This document shows, in pieces, positions 54,318 to 62,649 of a stretch of DNA of 64,000 nucleotides. Every line of letters starts with the position of its first letter. The first letter of the stretch is position 1. The translations under genes and the position numbers were made by a program. Origin of the DNA: Opitutia bacterium (GTDB taxonomy: Bacteria; Verrucomicrobiota; Verrucomicrobiia; Opitutales; Opitutaceae). Where the stretch lies: contig CANJVR010000002.1 in the NCBI GenBank assembly GCA_947478395.1, forward strand, positions 736,001-800,000. Reading direction: 5' to 3'. Below the pieces are notes generated by a model. The model was given only the letters and a program-made list of their open reading frames with translations. It was not told the DNA's origin and ran no database searches.

Positions 54318-55691
54318 GTGAACAACATTTCCAGCCCTCGCGTCGCCTCCGCCTCGGTTAGCGCGCCGTTCATCACCACGCGGCTTGCCATGTCGCGCCG
54401 CCATTTTCTGCGGAGCACCGGCATCGTGATGTCGCTGCCGTTCCTCGACGCGATGCTGCCGCCGTTTGCGCGCGCCGCCACGACAGCATCGCCGCTTGCG
54501 CCGGGCGCCAAGCCGCGCCGGATGTTCGGCATCTGCAACAATCTCGGCCTGCGGCCTGACCTTTTCTTCCCGAAGGACACCGGGGTGAACTACACCCCGT
54601 CGCCCTATCTCCAGCACTTGAACGAACACCGGCAGGATTTCACGGTGTTTAGCGGCGTCTCGCATCCGAATGTCGACGGCGGCCATCCGTCGGACATCGC
54701 CTTCCTCACCGCCGCGCCGCATCCCGCAAGCAGTTCGTTTCGCAACACGATCTCCCTCGATCAATATATCGCGGAGCGCATCGGTATCCTCACGCGATTC
54801 CCGTCGCTCACACTCGCGGTTAACGGCGGCGGCCGCGGCCTGTCGTGGACCGGCACCGGCGTCGCCATCCCTCCTGAGCAGAGTGCGTCCGAGGTGTTCA
54901 ACCAACTCTTTCTCCAAGGCACGCCCGAGCAGGTGCGGGGGCAGATCCACAATCTCGACACAGGCCGCAGCATCCTCGACGCCGTCGGAGAGCAGGCCAA
55001 GGATCTCCAGCGTGGCCTCGGTGAGCGCGACCGCAGCCGTCTCGACCAATATTTCACCAGCGTCCGCGACCTTGAGCACCGCCTGCAGGAATCGAAGGGT
55101 TGGGCGAGCAAATCCAAACCGGTCGTAAACGTCGCCCCGCCGAGCGACCCCGCCAACGCCGCGCAATACATGGCGAAGATCCGGGCGATGTATGATCTTA
55201 CGAAACTCGCGTTCGAGACCGACTCCACGCGCGCCGTCACGCTTATGCTCAACAGCGTCGGCACGCCGGTCATCACCGACACGGGCGAGACGCTCACGGA
55301 CAGCTACCACAACCTTTCTCACCACGGAAAGGCCGACGAAAAACTTTCGCAGCTCAAGATCATCGACGAGGGCCACATGAAGCTGCTCGCCAAACTTTTC
55401 GCCGACCTCAAAGCCGTACACGAAGGCGAGGACACGCTGCTCGACCGCACGATGGTCCTCTACGGTTCCAACCTCGGCGACGCCAACGCGCACTCGACCA
55501 CGAATATGCCGACGCTCTTTGCCGGCGGCGGCTTCCGTCACGGCCAGCACGTGTCGCTCGATCCGGACACCGGTATCTATCCGCTCCCGAATCTCTTTGT
55601 GTCGATGCTCCAACGCATGGGATTCGAGGATGGAAAATTTGCCTCGTCCACCGGCACGATGCGGGGCCTGGACCCCAAGGCCACGGCCTAG
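54318..55691 (+). CDS. DUF1552 (HXXSHH) family protein, Tat-exported (pair 2)
   Basis: SRRHFLRS Tat motif, [29 protein letters not shown], canonical HNLSHH and NAH. Start is GTG 54318 or ATG 54390. Confidence 0.88.
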   Translation: MNNISSPRVASASVSAPFITTRLAMSRRHFLRSTGIVMSLPFLDAMLPPFARAATTASPLAPGAKPRRMFGICNNLGLRPDLFFPKDTGVNYTPSPYLQHLNEHRQDFTVFSGVSHPNVDGGHPSDIAFLTAAPHPASSSFRNTISLDQYIAERIGILTRFPSLTLAVNGGGRGLSWTGTGVAIPPEQSASEVFNQLFLQGTPEQVRGQIHNLDTGRSILDAVGEQAKDLQRGLGERDRSRLDQYFTSVRDLEHRLQESKGWASKSKPVVNVAPPSDPANAAQYMAKIRAMYDLTKLAFETDSTRAVTLMLNSVGTPVITDTGETLTDSYHNLSHHGKADEKLSQLKIIDEGHMKLLAKLFADLKAVHEGEDTLLDRTMVLYGSNLGDANAHSTTNMPTLFAGGGFRHGQHVSLDPDTGIYPLPNLFVSMLQRMGFEDGKFASSTGTMRGLDPKATA

Positions 55692-55740
55692 AGCACGGTT
55701 GAGTTCTTCACCCGCGCCCGAACGTCTAAAAAAATCTCCT

Positions 55741-56376
55741 ATGTCTTCGCGTCTCGCGACCGCCCTCTGTTGCCTCGCTACTCTCCTGCTTGCCTCCCGC
55801 CTGGCCGGCACCGTGTTTACACCACCGCCGGGTCCGATGGCGACGCCGGCCCAAATCGCGGCGGTCCTCGCTACCATCCCGCCGCCGGCCGCGAGCGAAG
55901 TTATCGTGGACTTTGAGAAAGCCGAAATCGGCGAACCGGTGGTGAAGTGGGAGGAAAAAGGGGTCAGCTTCGCCCTCGCCGGTCCGCTCGTGCGCACGCC
56001 GGCGGCCAAGCCGCGCATGACGTTTTTCCCGCACCTCGCGACCGGACGGAAAGGCATTCTCAACGCGATGACCACCGATCAAGGCGTGCCGGTCAAAATG
56101 ACTTTCCCTCCCGCGGGCGCATCCTCGGTCACGCTCGTGCTCTGGGGTTCGACCGGATGCCCGGTGGTCGCCGAGGCCTTCGACAGTGAGGGTAAGCTGG
56201 TTGATCGAAAATCTTTCGACTCCGTGCCGAACCGAAAAGCTCCGAACGAGCCCGTCCCCTTTTTCATCGTCACGCTCACCGCCCCGGCGATCGCGACGGT
56301 CAATCTCAGCGGCCCACGCAACGGCGAATTTCTGGCCGCAGACGAAGTGCGCTTCGTGCCGGTGCCAGTAAAATGA
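55741..56376 (+). CDS. Hypothetical exported beta-rich protein
   Basis: Signal-peptide-like N-terminus MSSRLATALCCLATLLLA, Pro-rich linker, beta-strand pattern (IVDFE..SVTLVLW..AEAFD..LAADEVRF); in operon between DUF1552 and CE6. Confidence 0.72.
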   Translation: MSSRLATALCCLATLLLASRLAGTVFTPPPGPMATPAQIAAVLATIPPPAASEVIVDFEKAEIGEPVVKWEEKGVSFALAGPLVRTPAAKPRMTFFPHLATGRKGILNAMTTDQGVPVKMTFPPAGASSVTLVLWGSTGCPVVAEAFDSEGKLVDRKSFDSVPNRKAPNEPVPFFIVTLTAPAIATVNLSGPRNGEFLAADEVRFVPVPVK

Positions 56377-56424
56377 CCGCCCCACCTCGTGGCCTCACTT
56401 CCCAAAAAAAACAAAACGACGATC

Positions 56425-57339
56425 ATGAAAACAAATTCGCTCCTCCCGCTCCTCGCGACGGCGCTCGCGTTGTTCTCGTCGGCCGTCGCCGAGCCCGATC
56501 CTAATTTTCACATATTCCTCTGCTTCGGTCAGTCGAACATGGAAGGCGGCGGACGCATCGAAGAACGCGACCAGACCGTCGACAAACGCTTTCAAGTGCT
56601 GGCCGATTTCGACACGCCACGCAACGGCCGTAAGATGGGCCAGTGGTACGATGCCATTCCCCCGCTCACGCGTCGCACCAACGGCATATCGATGATGGAT
56701 TATTTCGGCCGGACAATGGTCGCCAACTTGCCCGCAAAATATCGCGTCGGCGTGGTGAAATTGGGCGTGTCAGGCACGCGCATTGAGCTTTGGGACAAAG
56801 ATGCTTTTCGCGCCTATCTCGACAACCTGCCTCCTGACGGACTCTGGAAAAAGCCCCTCGCCGATCAGTACGACGGGAATCCGTATGAATATCTCATCAA
56901 GCTCGCCAAGATCGCCCAGCAATCAGGCGTGATCAAAGGCATCCTGATTCATCAGGGAGAATCTAATTTCGAGGACCCGGACTGGCCTACGAAGGTGAAA
57001 AAAATCTACGACGACATTGTCGCGAATCTAAATCTGAATCCCAAGGACGTCGCGCTGCTCGCCGGCGAGGTCGTCAACGCCGATCACAAAGGCGAAAAAG
57101 CGAACGCCAACGTGATCATGAAAAACCTGCCGGTGACGTTGCCGAATTCCTACGTGATTTCCTCCGCTGGCGTACCGTGCAACAACGACCACCTCCATTT
57201 CACCGCAGACGGCCAACGGGAAATGGGACGGCGCTACGCGGTGCAAATGTTACAAGTGATGGGCTTCGAAGCGAAGGAACCGAAAGTGCCTTACGCGAGC
57301 GATTACCCGGCTGCCTCCGCAGCTGCGCCGAAACCCTGA
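56425..57339 (+). CDS. Secreted acetylxylan esterase-like protein (CE6/SASA family), paralog of 50577-51455
   Basis: FGQSNMEG, DYFGRT, ILIHQGESN and DHLHF motifs. Start at MKTNSLL (56425). Confidence 0.88.
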   Translation: MKTNSLLPLLATALALFSSAVAEPDPNFHIFLCFGQSNMEGGGRIEERDQTVDKRFQVLADFDTPRNGRKMGQWYDAIPPLTRRTNGISMMDYFGRTMVANLPAKYRVGVVKLGVSGTRIELWDKDAFRAYLDNLPPDGLWKKPLADQYDGNPYEYLIKLAKIAQQSGVIKGILIHQGESNFEDPDWPTKVKKIYDDIVANLNLNPKDVALLAGEVVNADHKGEKANANVIMKNLPVTLPNSYVISSAGVPCNNDHLHFTADGQREMGRRYAVQMLQVMGFEAKEPKVPYASDYPAASAAAPKP

Positions 57340-57470
57340 TCGACTGGCGGGCAACACCGTTTTGGGACCGGCACGCTGGAAGCTGCCCCGGCGATTTCTC
57401 GGAAGTCGCTTTCGGGTTTAGACCGACGAATCGCTAAGGCTGGCGGGGCCAGCATCCCGCCTAGGGCGGT

Positions 57471-57584
57471 TTAACCCAAAGCGTAGCCGAGAAAGAAATC
57501 GCGGCAGGCGTCCCGGCCTGCCCAAAACGACGACGAACCCGGCAGGCAGAGACGCCTGCCGCTACGCAAAACGGCTACGGAAGA
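57471..57584 (-). repeat. Composite REP/MITE-like element, copy E
   Basis: TTAACCCAAAGCGTAGCCG..GCGGCAGGCGTCCCGGCCTGCC..GGCAGGCAGAGACGCCTGCCGCTAC..AAACGGCTACGGAAGA. Confidence 0.85.
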
Positions 57585-57623
57585 ATCCAAACTGCGCCAG
57601 CTCGGGTGGCGTGTTGCGCTGGT

Positions 57624-58751
57624 TTAGCGCGTGACCGGCTTGTAGCCTTGCCACACCCATTCGAGGGCTTGCGGGTAGGTTTGGGCGATGACCTTGCCAT
57701 CCGTGTGCCCCGCACCTTTGGCATAGACGAACTGGTAGTGATAGCCCTTGGCTTTCAGCACATCGGCCATGCGGATGTTGGCGATGACCCAGTTGTGGAA
57801 CCCAGCCGAACCGGCCGTGGCGCCGTTGTCTCGCTCGCTGACGTGCAACCAGAGACGCAGCGGTTTGGCGGGCGTGTTTGGAACGATCGTCTCGTGGAGG
57901 CTCCACGCACCGTGCGGCGAGTCGGGGCCGACCTGCTGGTTAACAAACGTGCCCGAGTAAATGAGGGCGCGATGATACAGCTCGGGATGAAACCACGCCA
58001 TGTTGAACGCCGCCGATCCGCCCGAACTCCCGCCCAACGTCATACGGCCTTCAGGATCTTTCGTGAGCTTCACACCGTAGTCCTGCTCAACCTTCGATAG
58101 AATCTCCGCCTCGACGAACTCGGCATATTTGCCGGCAACGGTGTCGTACTCGAGGCCGCGTTCGCTGCCGCCACCATCGCCGCCGCCGTTGGCGATCATC
58201 ACGGCGATCATCGCGGGCAGGCGTTTTTCGGCGATCATGTTATCCAGGATGTTCGGCAGTTGGTTGTTTCGCGCGCCATACGCGTCGCACGACACGATGA
58301 ACGGCGCGGGCTGGCCGGCGACGTATTGGCTAGGAATGTAGACGGTTACCTTGCGCGTCGGCGTGGCACCGCGTTTTCCCGTGTCGGGGTAAAATTTGCT
58401 GTCGGCGGCGTTGAGCGTGAAACTCTCGATGCGGCCCTTGGGCACTCCGTCACGCGGGGTCGCCTCCGGCGCCGGCGCGTATTCGGGCCCGATGGAATAA
58501 TTGCCGTCGCCGTCGCCGGCTTTCCAAGCGGGGAAATTCGCGAGCCGCGCGAGCTCGGCCTGGTCGGCCTCGCTCAACGGAATCACCGGTCCGCGCGCAC
58601 CGCGTCGCGCACCGGCGGCGGCGGACGCGTCAGCGGCGGTGGCGGGCGCAGCAGCGGGTGCGACGTCAGCAGCGAAAAGCAGATTCATTCCGGACAACAC
58701 ACCGAGCACGGCAGAGGCGCGGACGAAGTGAGGGATCATTTTGGGGCACAT
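57624..58751 (-). CDS. Secreted Fes-like alpha/beta-hydrolase esterase
   Basis: GVPKG, VYIPSQY, LDNMIA, ERGLEYD, GGSSGG nucleophile and AGH. Start at 58751 or 58739. Confidence 0.85.
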   Translation of the reverse strand: MCPKMIPHFVRASAVLGVLSGMNLLFAADVAPAAAPATAADASAAAGARRGARGPVIPLSEADQAELARLANFPAWKAGDGDGNYSIGPEYAPAPEATPRDGVPKGRIESFTLNAADSKFYPDTGKRGATPTRKVTVYIPSQYVAGQPAPFIVSCDAYGARNNQLPNILDNMIAEKRLPAMIAVMIANGGGDGGGSERGLEYDTVAGKYAEFVEAEILSKVEQDYGVKLTKDPEGRMTLGGSSGGSAAFNMAWFHPELYHRALIYSGTFVNQQVGPDSPHGAWSLHETIVPNTPAKPLRLWLHVSERDNGATAGSAGFHNWVIANIRMADVLKAKGYHYQFVYAKGAGHTDGKVIAQTYPQALEWVWQGYKPVTR

Positions 58752-58886
58752 GGGATGGAGGGGGTTCGGGAGGAAAAAGTGTCGAACACGCGGCGTTTGT
58801 CCACGGGACATTGGCCGGAGTCATTTCGGCGAGAAAACCGTCGGACCCGCGAACCGGCCCCAACGATATTCGGCCTTCGCACGCGT

Positions 58887-60032
58887 TTATTTGGTGGCGG
58901 GTTTGTAATCCTGCCAGAGCCACTCCAGCGCGGGAGCCAGAGTTTGCGCGCGGACCGGTCGATCCACGTGGCCAGCTTCCTTGGCATAGACGAATTGATA
59001 GTGATAGCCCTTCGCCTTCAGCACGTCGGCCATATGAGCGTTGGCGAGCACCCAGTTCCCCATGCCGGCGTTCGAGCCGTTGGCGCCGTTGTCATTCTGC
59101 CCGACCTCCAGCCAGACCCGGAGCGGCTGGTTCGGCGTGGTCTTCGGGATAAAGTTCTCGTGGTACTCCCATGCACCGTGCGGCGCCGCTACGGGATCGT
59201 TGCGCAAATTGACGAAGGTGCCGGAGAAGACGAGCACCCGGCGATAAAGCTCGGGATGAAACCACGCCATCGAAAGCGCCGCCGCGCCGCCGGAGCTGCC
59301 GCCAAGCACCGCGCGCGCGTTGGCGTCGGTCGTGAAGGCGACGTTGCACTCCTTCATGACGCGCGGAAGCACCTCGGCCTCGATGAACTCGGCAAACTTA
59401 CCCGAGACCGTATCGTATTCGAGACTCCGCTGGTTGCTCGGCATGACCATCACGGCGATCATCGCGGGCAGCCGTTTGTCGGCGATCAGGTTGTCCAGAA
59501 TGGTCGGCAAATAAGGCGCCGGCTTGTTGTCATGCATGCCCATCGCGTCGTGACAGAACAACAGGGGCGCACGCGTGCCCGGAACGTATTGGGCGGGGAT
59601 GTACACGTTGACCTCGCGCGGTGCCGGCGGGGTGCCATCGCGACCGGGCGCGGGCGGATAAAACTTACTCTCGGCGAGGTCGAGGTGGAAGGTCACGACC
59701 TTGCCCTGCGGGACGCCCTCGCGCACCGCATTCTCGGGCGCAGGTGCGTACGGCGGGGACATGACATAGTCGCCCTCGCCTACGCCGGGTTTCCACGCGG
59801 GTAAATCGGCGAGCTTGGCGATGGTCGCCTGATCTTCAGGTGTCATCGGACCGCCACGAGCTCCGCGGCCACCTCCGCCGGGCGCGCCCGGCCGCGGTGT
59901 TGAAGGAGCGGCGGCTGGAGTCGCGCCGGTTGCAGCGGGCGCCGAGTCGGCCGCAATCAAAGACGTCGTGGGGGTCAGCCAGCAGGATAAAGCCGCCAGC
60001 ACAGTCAATCGGAGGTTTTTTTGGGGGAGCAT
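58887..60032 (-). CDS. Secreted Fes-like alpha/beta-hydrolase esterase (tandem paralog)
   Basis: Signal peptide; GVPQG, VYIPAQY, QRSLEYD, GGSSGG and AGH; collinear with 57624-58751. Confidence 0.87.
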   Translation of the reverse strand: MLPQKNLRLTVLAALSCWLTPTTSLIAADSAPAATGATPAAAPSTPRPGAPGGGGRGARGGPMTPEDQATIAKLADLPAWKPGVGEGDYVMSPPYAPAPENAVREGVPQGKVVTFHLDLAESKFYPPAPGRDGTPPAPREVNVYIPAQYVPGTRAPLLFCHDAMGMHDNKPAPYLPTILDNLIADKRLPAMIAVMVMPSNQRSLEYDTVSGKFAEFIEAEVLPRVMKECNVAFTTDANARAVLGGSSGGAAALSMAWFHPELYRRVLVFSGTFVNLRNDPVAAPHGAWEYHENFIPKTTPNQPLRVWLEVGQNDNGANGSNAGMGNWVLANAHMADVLKAKGYHYQFVYAKEAGHVDRPVRAQTLAPALEWLWQDYKPATK

Positions 60033-60098
60033 GGAAGGAGAATGGGAGGAAATTTTATTCCAATTCGACCGCGGCTCAACGAGTGCGGAGGGGTGGAT

Positions 60099-61088
60099 TT
60101 ATTTTTTTGGTGACAGCCCGGCGCGTTCCGTGGCGGGATCGCTTTGCGGGAGGACCTTGAACTCGCCGATCTCGACTTTGCCTTCGCTCGGCTTAGCGGT
60201 GTTGACGAATCCCGGCACGGGCACATCGGTACCAAAGACTGGACCCGCCTGCGCCAGCATCGCCGGGAGCACGCGGCTGAAATCCTCTCGCCAGTCAACC
60301 AACATGGTTGTTCGCCACAAGAACGCCCGACCTCCGTCCGGCCTGCGCTTCGCCTCCAAGGCACTCAGGCTGATGTACAATTCATTGTCGAAGGCCGTCC
60401 ATGCGATTCGCTCGGCGCTTGAACTGCTCAACGCTTGGCTCGACACCGCTTGGTCGACTTTCCGCGCGCCGACGAGGGTTTTAATTACGTTTCGTTTGCG
60501 CGCTGGATCGAGATTCCTGAGACGCCGCGCTTCGTTGACGATCGCGTCCCGCAATTCCTCCTGCTCGAAAGTCCCCCGCAGCAACGGTTCCGCACCGTCC
60601 TGAAATATTTCCTGAACGGTCAGCGGTGTATCTGGCCGCGCGCCAAAATGGCCGAACTGCGACATCGTGCTGCGCACGTTGACCGCCTCGAGATAGACTC
60701 GGAAATTATCGTCGTTCCATGGATTCCCCTGCGGAATCTCATCTTTGAAATTCGAATCTCCCACGACGGCGAAGATGGCGATGGTAGGAATCGGCCCGCC
60801 TTCGCGGGCGCGGATGAACCCTTGTTTCTCTAACTCCGCGACCACAGCGCGCTCCACCACCGCGGGCTCCGGCAGTTTAACGCCCGCGACGATTTCTCCC
60901 AGCGTCTCACGACTCTGAAACAACAGGTAATAGATCGGCTGACCCGGTTTAGGGCGGAAACTTTCCGGCGACGGACTAGCGTCGGCGGAAATCAAGATAT
61001 CGAGCCCTTTGTCCTTCGCTCCAACTGTTGGCGCGAAGAATCCGCATATTATTCCTAAGCAAAGACCGAGCGGGGCCAGACTTTTCAT
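60099..61088 (-). CDS. Hypothetical exported protein
   Basis: Signal-peptide-like MKSLAPLGLCLGIICGFFAPTVGA; co-oriented between DUF1552 and the esterases; no recognisable catalytic motif. Confidence 0.7.
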   Translation of the reverse strand: MKSLAPLGLCLGIICGFFAPTVGAKDKGLDILISADASPSPESFRPKPGQPIYYLLFQSRETLGEIVAGVKLPEPAVVERAVVAELEKQGFIRAREGGPIPTIAIFAVVGDSNFKDEIPQGNPWNDDNFRVYLEAVNVRSTMSQFGHFGARPDTPLTVQEIFQDGAEPLLRGTFEQEELRDAIVNEARRLRNLDPARKRNVIKTLVGARKVDQAVSSQALSSSSAERIAWTAFDNELYISLSALEAKRRPDGGRAFLWRTTMLVDWREDFSRVLPAMLAQAGPVFGTDVPVPGFVNTAKPSEGKVEIGEFKVLPQSDPATERAGLSPKK

Positions 61089-61197
61089 GGTGGGAAAGTT
61101 CTTCCGGCCCAAGTGGGTTTCACCATCGGTTTAATTGTTTTGGCGCACGGTCGCGCCACGAACGCCCTCGGCAATCAAGTCACCCGAAATCCTGCGC

Positions 61198-62649
61198 TCA
61201 GATATTCGCTAGGCGGCCGGTGGAATCGCCAAATCTCTCGACGCCTTTCGCGCCCATGCGGTCCATCAGGCTGAGGTACAGATTGGTGAGGGGGGCGGGC
61301 TGATGCTGGACATATCGTCCGGTGTCGAGCACGCCGCCGCCGCCGCCGGCCAAGATGATCGGCAGGTTGGCGTGCGTGTGGCGGTTGCCATCACCGTTGC
61401 CGCAGCCGTACAGGATCATGGAGTTGTCCAGCAGGGATTTTCCATCCACGTCCTTAGACTTTTCCATTTTATCGAGGAAGTAGGCGAACTGCGTGGCATA
61501 CCATTTATCGATGACGCAGGTCTTGGCGACCAAGTCGGGCTTGTTGCCATGGTGGGTGCAGTAATGGTGGCCATCGGGGATGCCGATTTCGTCGAAGGCG
61601 CGATTGCTGCCTTCGCCGGCGAGCAGGAAGGTCGCGATCCGGGTATTATCCGTCTCAAACGCGAGATGGAGCATGTCCATGTTGAGGCGGATATATTCGG
61701 TGAAACTCTCCGGAATGCCGGAAGGAGTTTCCATGCCGGGAGCGGGATGCGCGGTCACGGATTTCTCCGCGCGCTCGATCCGCTGTTCGATCTCGCGCAC
61801 GCTGGTGAGGTATTGGTCGAGCTTCTCTTTGTCGCGCGCGGTGAACCCGCCGGAGCCCAGACCGTCTTTCGAGGCGCCCGCGAGCTCACGGGCGATGCTA
61901 CGACTTTCGTTGGCTACGTAGTCGAGAATGGAGCGCTGCTGCCGCTGGCGCATGAGCAAGTTTTGTTTGCGCTCTGCAGGCGAACCGGAGCCGAATAAAC
62001 GCTCAAATAGCAGGCGCGGATCCGCCTCGGGGGCGACGGGTGCAGTGGGCGAACTCCACGCCATGTTGTGCTGATAGACGCAGGCGTAGCCGCTGTCGCA
62101 GTCGCCGGCGGTCCGCAGGGAGTCGCAGGAAATCTCGAGCGACTTGAACGGCGTGGCGTGGCCCACCTGCTGCGCGATAACCTGGTCGACGGAAACTCCT
62201 GAATGAAAATCCGCGCCCTGGGTTTTCTTCACGCGTACGCCGGTAAGAAATGAGCCGCCCGCGCGACCGTGGTCGCCTGCGCCGTCGGGTCCTGCTGTCG
62301 CGGGTTCGAGCGCCAGCCCGCCAAGAATCTGAATCTTGTTTTTGTGGCCGGCCAGCCCCGCCATCGTTTCATTGAGCGCAAAATTGCGTCCCTCACCAGT
62401 GGGCCACCACTTGGCCGGAAAGGTGCCATTGGCGAACTGAAAAAACGCGAGGCGCAGCGGGGCGCCCGAAGGAGTGACCGCGCCGGCGGCGACCGCCTCG
62501 GTTAGCGCTGCGCCGCTCAGGCGAGGCAGGAACGATTCGAGGGCCGGCAGGGCAATGGCTGCGCCGACACCACGCAAAAAATTCCGACGGCTAAAACTCA
62601 AATGGCGCTCGGCGGCAAGGTTACGATGGGAGGAACGGGGCGTGTTCAT
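61198..62649 (-). CDS. DUF1552 (HXXSHH) family protein, Tat-exported (pair 3)
   Basis: SRRNFLRG Tat motif, AGDH, SVDQVIA, CDSGYACVY, LAFETDNTR, HHYCTHH and NRH. Confidence 0.9.
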   Translation of the reverse strand: MNTPRSSHRNLAAERHLSFSRRNFLRGVGAAIALPALESFLPRLSGAALTEAVAAGAVTPSGAPLRLAFFQFANGTFPAKWWPTGEGRNFALNETMAGLAGHKNKIQILGGLALEPATAGPDGAGDHGRAGGSFLTGVRVKKTQGADFHSGVSVDQVIAQQVGHATPFKSLEISCDSLRTAGDCDSGYACVYQHNMAWSSPTAPVAPEADPRLLFERLFGSGSPAERKQNLLMRQRQQRSILDYVANESRSIARELAGASKDGLGSGGFTARDKEKLDQYLTSVREIEQRIERAEKSVTAHPAPGMETPSGIPESFTEYIRLNMDMLHLAFETDNTRIATFLLAGEGSNRAFDEIGIPDGHHYCTHHGNKPDLVAKTCVIDKWYATQFAYFLDKMEKSKDVDGKSLLDNSMILYGCGNGDGNRHTHANLPIILAGGGGGVLDTGRYVQHQPAPLTNLYLSLMDRMGAKGVERFGDSTGRLANI

